Below are positions 19,597 through 29,389 of a DNA stretch of 64,000 nt, in pieces. Source of the stretch: Halarcobacter sp. (GTDB lineage: Bacteria; Campylobacterota; Campylobacteria; Campylobacterales; Arcobacteraceae). The notes under the pieces were generated by a model that was given only the letters and a program-made list of their open reading frames with translations, was not told where the DNA came from and did no database searches. The DNA is taken from assembly GCA_048571215.1 (NCBI GenBank), contig CP182352.1:3392001-3456000 (forward strand). The letters run 5' to 3'. The position numbers and the translations under genes were made by a program. Positions within the stretch are counted from its first letter, which is position 1. Every line of letters starts with the position of its first letter.

Positions 19597-20863
19597 TATT
19601 TTCAGCAATCATTTGAATAACCGTTGAGTTAACGGCATTTCCTAAAGCTTTAAATGCAGTTGATCTCGCACGTGGTAATTCCTTTAGGTTATGTAGACCC
19701 TGTAAACAAGCTGCTTCTTTGCTGTTTAAATATCTTTTTTCCAAGCCTAAAATTGGTATTTGAGTAGTTGTCATTGATATCAAAGAGGGAGCTGAGTTAG
19801 CTCTAATTATTCTAATACCAGAAGCTCTAAATTGTATTAGATGTTCCCATAGATTTTTTTTAGATAAACTTCTATCACTTTGCCATTGAAGTTTTTGCCA
19901 GCTTTGAGGAGAGGCTTTTAATTCTTTAATAAAAGGATTAAATGTATTAGGAGAACTATTATAAATTTCTCTACTAGATGCTAATGAAGTTGATATCCAT
20001 TTAACAGGTTTTTTCATTTTTCTATCAATATAGTGAGGTAAGAGTTCAAAAATCTCATTCCATGTTTTACATTTACTTAATGGAACTCCCCATGCACCTT
20101 TGTATCTTTTCATCTCATTTAATGTTAATTTACTAAACTCAATAGGATAATTTGCTCCAAACTCACTAGATACAATGTAATGCCCCGTTAAACTAGGAAT
20201 ATTAGAAATAATTGATTGCCATGTATTTAAAATTTTTTCTTTTCTGTCTTCAAGCTTTTTTTCATTTTCATTAGATAATTCAAAGTTATTAAAATATTTA
20301 AGAATATGATCACTAGAATTTTCTGAAGAAACCTCTGGCCATTTTATTTTGGCAGTATTATTTTGTTTTTTTGCAATAATAAATATTCTTTTTCTTTTTT
20401 GTGGGATATTAAAATCAACGGGAGAATATATTTTATCTTCTAAATAATAGCCTATTTTAGAAAATGATTCATTCAAGTAATTCCAAAAACTACCATTATC
20501 AATTGTTTTGATATTAGGAACATTTTCTAAAAAAATCATTTCAGGAGTGTGATGTTTTGCTATTCGTATTACATCATCTATTAGTTTTCCAGAAGTAGGG
20601 CATTTAGCACCCTTTTGCATGCCTGCTATTGAAAAGGGCTGACAAGGAAAGCCTGCACATAAAATATCATGTTCAGGAATGTCTTTTTCCTTTACTTTTC
20701 TAATATCTCCCTCTGGTTTTATTCCGTAATTTTTTTCATACAATTCTCGTAAATGATTTTCAAGTTCACAAGCAAATACACATTCCATTCCTAGTGAATG
20801 AAGTGCATTATGAAAACCTCCAAGACCTGCAAATAAATCAATAAATTTAAGCTTTTCTCCCAT
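19553..20863 (-). CDS. dcm: DNA (cytosine-5)-methyltransferase
   Basis: DLFAGLGG, GFPCQPFS, ENV, QKRKR and ALGNAV motifs. Confidence 0.95.
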   Translation of the reverse strand: MGEKLKFIDLFAGLGGFHNALHSLGMECVFACELENHLRELYEKNYGIKPEGDIRKVKEKDIPEHDILCAGFPCQPFSIAGMQKGAKCPTSGKLIDDVIRIAKHHTPEMIFLENVPNIKTIDNGSFWNYLNESFSKIGYYLEDKIYSPVDFNIPQKRKRIFIIAKKQNNTAKIKWPEVSSENSSDHILKYFNNFELSNENEKKLEDRKEKILNTWQSIISNIPSLTGHYIVSSEFGANYPIEFSKLTLNEMKRYKGAWGVPLSKCKTWNEIFELLPHYIDRKMKKPVKWISTSLASSREIYNSSPNTFNPFIKELKASPQSWQKLQWQSDRSLSKKNLWEHLIQFRASGIRIIRANSAPSLISMTTTQIPILGLEKRYLNSKEAACLQGLHNLKELPRARSTAFKALGNAVNSTVIQMIAENTIPEIMPTLKASGY

Positions 20864-20882
20864 TTTATTTACCTTTTAAAAA

Positions 20883-20928
20883 TTAATATTTATTTAAATA
20901 TAATTTATTATATTTAAATAAATATTAA
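20883..20928. repeat. Perfect 22-bp A/T-only inverted repeat between divergent dcm and tnsA
   Basis: ttaatatttatttaaatataat-tt-attatatttaaataaatattaa. Confidence 0.8.
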
Positions 20929-21043
20929 AATAGACTTAATAAAAAGTATTAAAATATAATAATACGCATAAAAATTATTAAATAAAACATAAAGCTTCTT
21001 TACTATACAATTAAAAAATAATAAAATGTAATGGAAAATAATT

Positions 21044-21712
21044 ATGCTAGAAGATTATATTAAATTTCCACAACGCAAAATAAAAAAGAGCTATCGTTCT
21101 GTCATTGGGCATTTCCCTAGTATAAAAAATGGTAAATCAATAATCTATGAGTCACTATTGGAAAGAGCCTTATATCTATCTTTGGAATTTGATGATAGTG
21201 TTTTTGCATATTATGAACAGCCTCAAATTGAAATTGATTTTAAAAATAGACATTCAACATATAGCTTAGATTGCTATATCCGAAGAGTAAAAGAATCAGG
21301 GGTTAAAGATACGATTATTGAAGTAAAATATTCAAATGAACTTGAAAAAAATAAAGAATACTTTGAAGAAAAATTTGAAGATACGAAAGTGTTTGCGAAA
21401 GAACATGATTTAGAATTTGATGTATTTACTGAACTTTCATATAGCAAAGAATATATAGAAAATTTAGACTTTTTATATAGGTATAAAGAAAATCCAATAG
21501 AACATAAATATGAAAAAGAGATATTGGATGTTCTTAAAGACACTACAAAATTAGCTGCATTTGATTTAGTGCAAAAACTTACATCTAATCCAAAAGAATA
21601 TGCAATAGTTTCTAATAACATTTGGTCATTAGTTTCAACTGGTAAATTAAAGACAGATTTATTTGCTAATGAGTTTACTATGAATTCTTTAGTGGAGTTA
21701 AACAATGGCTAA
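21044..21712 (+). CDS. tnsA: TnsA-like transposase endonuclease subunit
   Basis: YESLLER, LEFDDSV..YYEQP, D...IEVKY PD-(D/E)xK core; stop overlaps the tnsB start. Confidence 0.9.
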   Translation: MLEDYIKFPQRKIKKSYRSVIGHFPSIKNGKSIIYESLLERALYLSLEFDDSVFAYYEQPQIEIDFKNRHSTYSLDCYIRRVKESGVKDTIIEVKYSNELEKNKEYFEEKFEDTKVFAKEHDLEFDVFTELSYSKEYIENLDFLYRYKENPIEHKYEKEILDVLKDTTKLAAFDLVQKLTSNPKEYAIVSNNIWSLVSTGKLKTDLFANEFTMNSLVELNNG

Positions 21713-23591
21713 TGTAATTTCCTTTGATATTGATAGTAAAATTTTTTACCAAGATGTAGAATATATTATAAAAGGATATCCCTCTTTAGAGGAAGTACTC
21801 CTCAAAAAATTAAATAAACCATATAATGAAAAAATTGTAAAAGTCAATGATTTAATTAGTGACCCTAAAAATATAAAAAAGAGAACAAAAGAATTAGTTG
21901 ATACTGAACAAAAAGAATTAGATAAAGCAACTGAACGATTTAAGATTATTGAACCTTTATTAGACATTGAAAATAGAACAGCAAAAGATGTTCAAAAAGT
22001 TGCAAAGAAAAATAAAAAAGGTATTGCCACAATATATAGATGGCTTAATACTTATGAGCAATACAAAACTGTAAGTTCACTAGCTTCTAGAAGAGAATTT
22101 TGTGGAGGTAAAGGAAAAAGTAGATTAGACGAATCTGTTGATACAATAATCAATAGTGTAATAGAAGAGATGTATTTACATAAACAACAATATCCCCTGC
22201 AAGATATCTATGAAGAGATTGTTTATAAATGCCAGAATATAGAACTAAAAGCACCCACAAAAAATACGATAAGAAATAGAATAAATGCTTTACATCCAAA
22301 AATTATTGCAAAATATAGAAATGGAATAAGAGTAAATGAAACTAGAGGAATGCCAAATAAATTTCCAGATGTGAAAATGCCTTTAGACATTATTCAAATT
22401 GATCATACTAAAGTTGATGTTATTTTGGTTGATGAAGAAAATAGAGAACCAATTGGAAGACCTTTTATTACTGTTGCAATTGATGTATATAGTAGGATGA
22501 TGTATGGCTTCTATATCTCTTTAGAAGCCCCTAGTTATTTTAGTGTAGGGCAATGTTTATTAAATGCAATTTTACCAAAGGATGAATTATTAGCAAAATA
22601 TAAAGTTGAGGGAGAATACCCTGTTTATGGATTGCCTAGAAAGGTACATATGGACAACGGTAAGGACTTTACTTCAATTAGTTTACGTAATTTTTGTCAA
22701 GAATTTAGAATAGAAGATCGCTATCGTCCAGTTGCTAGACCTGAGTTTGGTGGTGCAGTAGAAAGAGTTTTAGGCACATATATGAAAAAGATGCATTCCT
22801 TGCCAGGTACAACTAGATCTAATATATTTAAAAGAGGAAGTTACGATTCTGAGATAGAAGCTGCTATGACTATTGATGAACTTGAAGAATGGTATTTGGA
22901 TTTTGTAATAAATGTTTATCATAAAACTGAACATAGCTCAATATTTATGACACCTGAAGAGAAATTTTATCAAGGTTTATATGGCGTCGGAAAAGAAAAG
23001 TCTATCCCGTTTTTGCCTACAGTTCCAACAAATACTTTAAAGCTTAGAATGGCATTACTTCCTCAAATAAAACGTAGTGTTCAAAAAAATGGTATCACTA
23101 TTGATTATATTACTTATTTTTCAGAATCTTTGAGAAAATGGATTATTCCATCTCAATATAAAAAATTAAAACCTAATTTAAAAAATGAAGTTATTTGTAG
23201 ACGTGACCCAAGGGATATTAGTAAAATATATGTATATGATGAAGATATTAAAGATTATATCACTGTTCCATATGCAGATATTAGAAAACCTAAAATGAAC
23301 TTATCTGAGCTTAGAGAGGCAATTTCGGAAGCAAAAAAGCAAATAACAGGAAGAGAACTTGAACCTCATGATATTTTTGAAGCAAAAGAGAGACTTCGAC
23401 AAAGGGTTGAATCTGCAAAAAGAGAAAAAAAATCTGTAAGACGTAAAAGAAGTTCTAAAAAGCATCAAGAAAAAATTTTAAATATGGAAAAAGAGAGAAT
23501 TGATTATAAAGAGACCAAACCTACACCTTTAAAAATATCCCAAGCACAGGATGAAGATGAGGAAGGTTATGATATATATCCTATAGGTTGA
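21705..23591 (+). CDS. tnsB: TnsB/TniA DDE transposase
   Basis: HTH ATIYRW; QIDHT, HMDNGKDF and GAVER catalytic motifs; DPRDISKIYV (Mu transposase C-terminal). Confidence 0.93.
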   Translation: MANVISFDIDSKIFYQDVEYIIKGYPSLEEVLLKKLNKPYNEKIVKVNDLISDPKNIKKRTKELVDTEQKELDKATERFKIIEPLLDIENRTAKDVQKVAKKNKKGIATIYRWLNTYEQYKTVSSLASRREFCGGKGKSRLDESVDTIINSVIEEMYLHKQQYPLQDIYEEIVYKCQNIELKAPTKNTIRNRINALHPKIIAKYRNGIRVNETRGMPNKFPDVKMPLDIIQIDHTKVDVILVDEENREPIGRPFITVAIDVYSRMMYGFYISLEAPSYFSVGQCLLNAILPKDELLAKYKVEGEYPVYGLPRKVHMDNGKDFTSISLRNFCQEFRIEDRYRPVARPEFGGAVERVLGTYMKKMHSLPGTTRSNIFKRGSYDSEIEAAMTIDELEEWYLDFVINVYHKTEHSSIFMTPEEKFYQGLYGVGKEKSIPFLPTVPTNTLKLRMALLPQIKRSVQKNGITIDYITYFSESLRKWIIPSQYKKLKPNLKNEVICRRDPRDISKIYVYDEDIKDYITVPYADIRKPKMNLSELREAISEAKKQITGRELEPHDIFEAKERLRQRVESAKREKKSVRRKRSSKKHQEKILNMEKERIDYKETKPTPLKISQAQDEDEEGYDIYPIG

Positions 23592-23596
23592 AATAG

Positions 23597-24466
23597 ATGA
23601 ATGAAAGAAATTTGACAAAAGAAGCTTTAGCGTATTTAGAAAAAAGTGATGAAGAAAGAATTTTATATTGTAAAAAAGATCATTGGATAGGATATGGTGC
23701 AGCTGTAAAATTAATTGAGATTTTAGAAGATAAGTTCTTTGATCCTCCTCAAATGAGACATGAAGGCTTATTGATTTATGGCGACTCAAACAATGGTAAA
23801 ACTGCTATCTTAAGAAAAATGTATGATTTACATAAAGTCAAATTAGAGCCAATTGAAAAAGGCGATAACATAACTTATGATATTCCTATAATATATTTTC
23901 AAGCTCCCACAGTTCCCGATGAAAGTAGATTGTATAGTCTTATATTAGAAGAACTTTGTGCTCCTTGTAAGCCAACAGAGAAATTATCAATAAAAGTAAA
24001 ACTTGCAAAGCATTATTTAAATAAATTAGGAACAAAGATGATTTTAATAGATGAGATTCATAGTTCGTTAACTGGTAATCTAAATAAACAAAGAACTTTT
24101 ATAGATGATTTAAAGCAGCTAAGCAATAGTTTGTCATTAACCATAGTTTTAGCAGGGACAAGAGCTGCTCACTCTGCTTTATCAATTGGAGAAGAAACAG
24201 CAACAAGGTTTCCTTCTATTGAACTTCCTAGATGGAACAATGATAGAAAGTTTAGGTCTTTTATTGCTACCTATGAACGATGTTTACCTCTAAAAGAGGC
24301 TTCAAATATGGCAGATAATCCAGAGATAATAAATGCACTTTTTCATCAATCTGAAGGATTAATTGGAAAAACAGTGAATTTATTGAAAAAAGCAGCAGTA
24401 AAAGCAATCAAATCAAAAAGAGAGTATATTATAGTCTCTGATATAGAGTATTTACCAAAGTTGTAA
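23597..24466 (+). CDS. tnsC: TnsC/TniB AAA+ ATPase
   Basis: WIGY, GDSNNGKT, LIDEIH and SEGLIG motifs. Confidence 0.92.
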   Translation: MNERNLTKEALAYLEKSDEERILYCKKDHWIGYGAAVKLIEILEDKFFDPPQMRHEGLLIYGDSNNGKTAILRKMYDLHKVKLEPIEKGDNITYDIPIIYFQAPTVPDESRLYSLILEELCAPCKPTEKLSIKVKLAKHYLNKLGTKMILIDEIHSSLTGNLNKQRTFIDDLKQLSNSLSLTIVLAGTRAAHSALSIGEETATRFPSIELPRWNNDRKFRSFIATYERCLPLKEASNMADNPEIINALFHQSEGLIGKTVNLLKKAAVKAIKSKREYIIVSDIEYLPKL

Positions 24467-24467
24467 T

Positions 24468-25640
24468 ATGAAAACTAAAAAAAGAAATAGAGATTGGGTT
24501 CAAGACTATTTCTTTTTGTTTATTTCCAAACCTTTAAAAGATGAACTTTTAAGTTCTTGGTTAACCAGAGTTGCTTTTGAGCATCAACGAGATCTTTCAA
24601 GTTTTATATCACTTTTCATAAGACATCAAGGAAGCACAATAGCAAGAGCTGATATTGATTTTTTATATGATGAAAAACTATTTAAACAATTAGCTAGAAA
24701 AAGCCATTTATCTGATAAAGAAATATATCAAATGTCTTTACGTAGTGAAGAAGGACATCTTTTTATTTGTTCTGAAAATGGGTTATATCCACCTTTTCAA
24801 ATTAGAAAATTAACTGACAAAAGAACTCATCATGCTTTAATGTATTGTCCAAAGTGTTTAGCTGAGGAAAAAATTCCATATTTTAGGAAAAAATGGAGAT
24901 ACAACTTTTATAATGCTTGTCCAAAACATAAGATATTTTTAACAGACAGATGTTGGCGATGTTATACAAAAATTGAATTTCCAAAAATAAAACATCTAAA
25001 AGAACTTTGTTTTTGCTATAACTGTGAAAAAGATTTAAGAGAAACTATTACGATATCTATTCAATCAAATCATAAATATGGATTAAAAGCTATTGAGTGG
25101 TTTGAAAAAGGATTAAATAAAGGATATTTTATAATAAATAAACAAAAAGTTAAATCAGTTTTTATATTTGAAAGTTTTACAAAATTGAGATTTTTATTAG
25201 GTAAAAAACAAAAATTAGATTTAGAAGCCTTTCCTTTGATAGAAGAGTATAAAGATATTTGTAAAAAGCTAGAAAAATATAATTCTAAAAAAGCTTTATC
25301 TATATATAAAGAGTTCGTATTAACCTCAATGGTTTATTATCTATTTCAGAATTATCCTAATAATTTAATTGATTTCTCAAAACAAAACCATTTTACTCAT
25401 AGGGATTTTGTTCATGGTTTTAAAGATATTCCATTTTGGTATAAAGAACTAATAGATGAGATTATCCCCATGCAAAATAAAATAGGTAGAGTAATTAGTG
25501 AAAGTGAAGTTTTAGGAGCTATTAAGTATTTAAAAAATCAAAAGAAAGTTGTAAATCAATTAAATGTGGCAGAAGTTGTAGGTTGCCATTTTACAATACA
25601 TAAGGGTTTTATAAAAATCTACAAAAGAATAATCAAATAA
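24468..25640 (+). CDS. tniQ: TniQ/TnsD-family target selector
   Basis: PLKDELLSSWLTR; CPKC...W...CPKH...CWRC...CYNC zinc motifs; C-terminal HTH-like extension. Confidence 0.9.
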   Translation: MKTKKRNRDWVQDYFFLFISKPLKDELLSSWLTRVAFEHQRDLSSFISLFIRHQGSTIARADIDFLYDEKLFKQLARKSHLSDKEIYQMSLRSEEGHLFICSENGLYPPFQIRKLTDKRTHHALMYCPKCLAEEKIPYFRKKWRYNFYNACPKHKIFLTDRCWRCYTKIEFPKIKHLKELCFCYNCEKDLRETITISIQSNHKYGLKAIEWFEKGLNKGYFIINKQKVKSVFIFESFTKLRFLLGKKQKLDLEAFPLIEEYKDICKKLEKYNSKKALSIYKEFVLTSMVYYLFQNYPNNLIDFSKQNHFTHRDFVHGFKDIPFWYKELIDEIIPMQNKIGRVISESEVLGAIKYLKNQKKVVNQLNVAEVVGCHFTIHKGFIKIYKRIIK

Positions 25641-25642
25641 TC

Positions 25643-27340
25643 TTAAATTTTTCCTAATAATCCACTATACCACTTAGCTAATTGCATATCATTCAAACTT
25701 TCATTTCTCTCATGATTCTTTTTAGCAAATTTAGGATTAGTTTTTTTATATTTTTTGGAAATGTCAGGAATAGAAATATCATCTTTACAATATAAATTGA
25801 TGAAAAGATTAAATATATCTTTTGTTATAAATGAATCAGAAATTATTACCCAACAAGATGCAGATGAAGATGTATAGTTTTCTAATTCTAATAATCCTAC
25901 ATGAGAATTTTTATATTTAAAAGTAGCAGTTAAATATTGTCTAGCTCTTTTTTTCATTTTGCATTTAGAGTTAATCTTTTTTTCACCATTTTTTTCAACT
26001 ATAAATTCAGGTAAATGAGTTACTTCATTTAAAACAAAATTTTCAATAGGTTTTTGTTTCTGTAAAAAATCCATGTATTGCTTAAATACTATAAAATTAT
26101 CTATTTCCTTTAGAGGAGTTTTTTCACCTTTTTCAAATTCACTAGAGATTATCACTCTTCTGGTTGTTTTATCTCCTTTTGATGAGGACTCTGTAAGACT
26201 TTGATCAACTTTATCTCCATTCTCTTGCTCTTGATATATTTTTAGTAAATCCTCAATAATATCTTTAGTCTTTGTTTCATGTTCTATTTCAATATTTTGT
26301 AAACTTCCACAACTTTTTTTTCTGTCTTTTTGATGTTGAGTTCTGGTGTGTTTTTTATTTGCATGTTTTACTTTTAATATTTCAGTAGTCTCTTCAGGAA
26401 TTTCTCTATCAACTTTAGAAAGATTTTCTAAATCATTTATAGTTGTAATAACTTTATTTTGCTCAATAATTTTTGTAAATTTGTCAAATCCTATATCTGA
26501 GTAATCATTTAAAATTTCATGAATATAATAGTATTGTTCGTTTGTATCTTTATTTGTCAATAGAGTTGCTTTTACATCTATTTTAAATTTTTCTTTCACA
26601 GGAAAATTTATTTTTAGATGAATATCTCCAGGTTCTTTATCTATATCCTCTTGTCTCATATATGCAAGATAGTTGTGTATATACTTGCCTATATTATCAA
26701 ATTCATTATGAGCAGTTTCTTGACAAGCAAATCTATGTATAAAAGCAGCATCTTCATCTGTACGTGGAGTTGGTAATACAATTTTTGCATCTGCTCTATT
26801 ATCATCACACATAATATATAAACTTTCAACATTACACTCTAAAGAGGCTTCTCTCATTTCTGAAAATCTAAAGTAATAATATATACCTATCGCATAATGG
26901 GGGATTATAATTTTGATACCAGATTGCTCTATTAAATAACAGTTAATATATTTTGCAGTATTTAAAAATGTATAATTCCAACCAAGTAAAGTACCAATAG
27001 TCTTATAATCAAGTATTTCATGTAGTTTCTTTGATGAAGAGTTGTCTATTAAAGAGGTATCAATGAAAAAACTTTCTTCAAAATTTTCTTTATCTGGATA
27101 ATTTTCTGTTTTATCACTATTTTTAAAAGATTTACAAAGAGGAAAATGTGTAAATAAAAGTTCAGGAGAGATAAGTTTTGAAAACACATTACCAGTAGAC
27201 ATATTTTTAATTACGACTTCATAATGACTATTCCCAAACTTATCTTCATCAAGGATTAATTTTAAAGGAAATAAGAGTTTAAAAGTATCATTTGGATTAT
27301 CAGACATAAAATCAGGAATAATACTTTTACCCTTTGACAT
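25643..27340 (-). CDS. TnsE-like target selector (convergent with tnsABC-tniQ)
   Basis: 565 aa. Segments DNFIVFKQYMDFL / EVTHLP / RQYLTATFKYKNSHVGLLELE / NH...AKW are colinear with the Tn7 TnsE C-terminal domain as I recall it; IIIPHYAIGIYYY resembles the TnsE IPQLELARSLF region. Confidence 0.65.
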   Translation of the reverse strand: MSKGKSIIPDFMSDNPNDTFKLLFPLKLILDEDKFGNSHYEVVIKNMSTGNVFSKLISPELLFTHFPLCKSFKNSDKTENYPDKENFEESFFIDTSLIDNSSSKKLHEILDYKTIGTLLGWNYTFLNTAKYINCYLIEQSGIKIIIPHYAIGIYYYFRFSEMREASLECNVESLYIMCDDNRADAKIVLPTPRTDEDAAFIHRFACQETAHNEFDNIGKYIHNYLAYMRQEDIDKEPGDIHLKINFPVKEKFKIDVKATLLTNKDTNEQYYYIHEILNDYSDIGFDKFTKIIEQNKVITTINDLENLSKVDREIPEETTEILKVKHANKKHTRTQHQKDRKKSCGSLQNIEIEHETKTKDIIEDLLKIYQEQENGDKVDQSLTESSSKGDKTTRRVIISSEFEKGEKTPLKEIDNFIVFKQYMDFLQKQKPIENFVLNEVTHLPEFIVEKNGEKKINSKCKMKKRARQYLTATFKYKNSHVGLLELENYTSSSASCWVIISDSFITKDIFNLFINLYCKDDISIPDISKKYKKTNPKFAKKNHERNESLNDMQLAKWYSGLLGKI

Positions 27341-27356
27341 GTTAGTTTAAACTCCC

Positions 27357-27424
27357 ATTATCAAATTTTATTTGACATATTATCACTTTTTATTTCCTAT
27401 TATCATTTTTTTTTGCTTTTGACA
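27357..27424 (-). repeat. Inner transposon end (TGT plus three putative TnsB sites)
   Basis: Minus strand TGTCAAAAG-CAAAAAAAAATGATAAT-AGG-AAATAAAAAGTGATAAT-ATGTC-AAATAAAATTTGATAAT. Confidence 0.85.
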
Positions 27425-27448
27425 AATGATACTTTTACCTTTAGACAT
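27425..27448 (-). pseudogene. 8-codon remnant of a second tnsE-like gene
   Basis: ATGTCTAAAGGTAAAAGTATCATT (MSKGKSII): same peptide as the intact gene start but with synonymous changes; interrupted by the inner end. Confidence 0.8.
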
Positions 27449-27464
27449 ATTAAATTAAACTTCC

Positions 27465-27532
27465 ATTATCAAAGTTTATTTTACATATTATCACTTTTTA
27501 TTTCCTATTATCATTTTTTATTTTTTCTGACA
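27465..27532 (-). repeat. Outer transposon end (TGT plus three putative TnsB sites), overlapping the mnmG 3' end
   Basis: Minus strand TGTCAGAAA-AAATAAAAAATGATAAT-AGG-AAATAAAAAGTGATAAT-ATGTA-AAATAAACTTTGATAAT. Confidence 0.85.
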
Positions 27533-29389
27533 CCTCATACTAATATACATATGAATAATATCAATAGCAGCTGGAGTTACTCCTGAAATTTCACTTGCAT
27601 TGAAAAGTGTTGGTGGATTAAACTTTTCTAGTTTTTCAACTACTTCATTTGATAATCCTGGAATATCTTTAAAGTTAAAGTTTTCCGGGATTTTCAATTG
27701 AAGCATTTTTTTCATTTTTTCTATTTGTTTTTTTTGTTTTGCTACATATCTATAATATTTTGCTTCGATAATGATTTGCTCTTTTAGATAGTCTTCTGTA
27801 TTGGCTAAGCTTGGAACTAACTTATCAAATTTTTCTTTATCAACGGTATTTCTTCCCACTATATCAATAAGAAGTGCTCTGTCTTTGATTTTGTCTTCAC
27901 CTAAACTTTCAAGTAGTTCTAGGTTCTCTTTTTTTGAGGTAAACCATTCGTTTGCCATAAATTCAACTGCATTTTGTAGTACCTCTTTTTTGTGTTCTAC
28001 TTTTTGTAGTTGTTCTTGTGAAACTAGTCCAAGCTCATATCCATATTTTGATAGTCTCATATCTGCACTCTCTTCTCTTAGAAGAAGTCTATATTCAGCA
28101 CGGCTTGTAAACATTCTATATGGTTCATTTGTTCCTTTTGTAACTAAATCATCAATCAAAACTCCAATATATGCTTCATCTCTTCTTAGGATAAAAGGCT
28201 CTTTCCCATCAATTGCCAGACAAGCATTTATCCCTGCCATAAGCCCTTGTGATGCTGCCTCCTCATATCCTGTTGTTGCATTGATTTGTCCCGCATGGTA
28301 AAGGTTAGATATCTTTTTTGTTTCAAGGGTATGCTTCAATTCAGTTGGATCAACATAATCATATTCTATAGCATATCCATATCTTATGATTTTTGCATTT
28401 TCTAAACCTTGTATTGAGTGTATCATCTCTTTTTGTACATCAATTGGTAAAGAGGTACTTAGTCCATTTATATAGTACTCTGTTTTCATTGCTGTTTGTG
28501 GTTCTAAAAACAGTTGGTGTCTTTCTCTCTCGCTAAATCTACTTATTTTGTCTTCAATACTTGGACAATATCTAGGACCTCTACCTTCTATTTGACCTGT
28601 AAACATTGGAGCTCTATGGAAGTTACTTGAGATTTTATCATGGGTGTTTAGGTTTGTATATGTTATAAAACATGGATGTTGTGTTGGCTTGAAGTTTGAT
28701 TTATCTGTTCTAAATGAAAAAGGTGTTGGCTCTTCATCCCCTCCATGGGCATCCATAACATCAAAGTTAATAGAGCTTGCATCTATTCTTGCAGGTGTTC
28801 CTGTTTTTAGTCTTCCTACTTTTAGTCCTAACTCTTTTAACTGTATAGATAAGGTTGAAGATGGTAGTTCCCAAGCTCTTCCTGCATCATATTTGTTTTC
28901 CCCTATATGGATAAGTCCTTTCATAAAAGTACCTGTAGTTATGATAACTTTTTTACTTTCAAATACTTCACCAAGTTTTGTTTTTACTCCATAAACTTCA
29001 TTTTCATTTTTAACTAAAAGTGAAGATACTTCATCTTGATAAACTTCTAAGTTAGGAGTATTATGACAAACTTTTCTCATATACTCTCTATATTTATCCA
29101 TATCGATTTGTGCACGACTTCCTTGTACTGCTGCACCTTTTGAGGCATTTAGAACTCTAAATTGTATACCTGTTGCATCAGTACAAAGTCCCATCTCTCC
29201 ACCTAGTGCATCAAGCTCTCTTACTAGGTGACCTTTTGCAAGACCACCAATAGCAGGATTACAAGAAGCAGCTCCTATTTGTTCAACAAGCATAGTAATA
29301 AGTAGGGTTTTTTTACCCATTCTTGCACTTGCTAAACTAGCTTCTATCCCAGCGTGTCCACCGCCGACGACTATTACATCATATTTCAT
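27518..29389 (-). CDS. mnmG: tRNA uridine-5-carboxymethylaminomethyl modification enzyme MnmG/GidA
   Basis: [32 protein letters not shown] and [14 protein letters not shown] motifs. Confidence 0.98.
   Translation of the reverse strand: MKYDVIVVGGGHAGIEASLASARMGKKTLLITMLVEQIGAASCNPAIGGLAKGHLVRELDALGGEMGLCTDATGIQFRVLNASKGAAVQGSRAQIDMDKYREYMRKVCHNTPNLEVYQDEVSSLLVKNENEVYGVKTKLGEVFESKKVIITTGTFMKGLIHIGENKYDAGRAWELPSSTLSIQLKELGLKVGRLKTGTPARIDASSINFDVMDAHGGDEEPTPFSFRTDKSNFKPTQHPCFITYTNLNTHDKISSNFHRAPMFTGQIEGRGPRYCPSIEDKISRFSERERHQLFLEPQTAMKTEYYINGLSTSLPIDVQKEMIHSIQGLENAKIIRYGYAIEYDYVDPTELKHTLETKKISNLYHAGQINATTGYEEAASQGLMAGINACLAIDGKEPFILRRDEAYIGVLIDDLVTKGTNEPYRMFTSRAEYRLLLREESADMRLSKYGYELGLVSQEQLQKVEHKKEVLQNAVEFMANEWFTSKKENLELLESLGEDKIKDRALLIDIVGRNTVDKEKFDKLVPSLANTEDYLKEQIIIEAKYYRYVAKQKKQIEKMKKMLQLKIPENFNFKDIPGLSNEVVEKLEKFNPPTLFNASEISGVTPAAIDIIHMYISMRCQKK

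Larger units (their letters stand above)
21044..27532. mobile_element. Tn7-like transposon core and one end; other end not found in window
   Basis: tnsA-tnsB-tnsC-tniQ operon, TnsE-like gene, and TGT-started ends each with three repeated sites. Confidence 0.9.

Noticed and set aside
27357..27532. Short repeats beside tniQ read as a CRISPR array (CAST)
   Set aside because: Spacers are only 3-5 bp, there are no cas genes, and the layout fits TnsB sites behind a TGT terminus.
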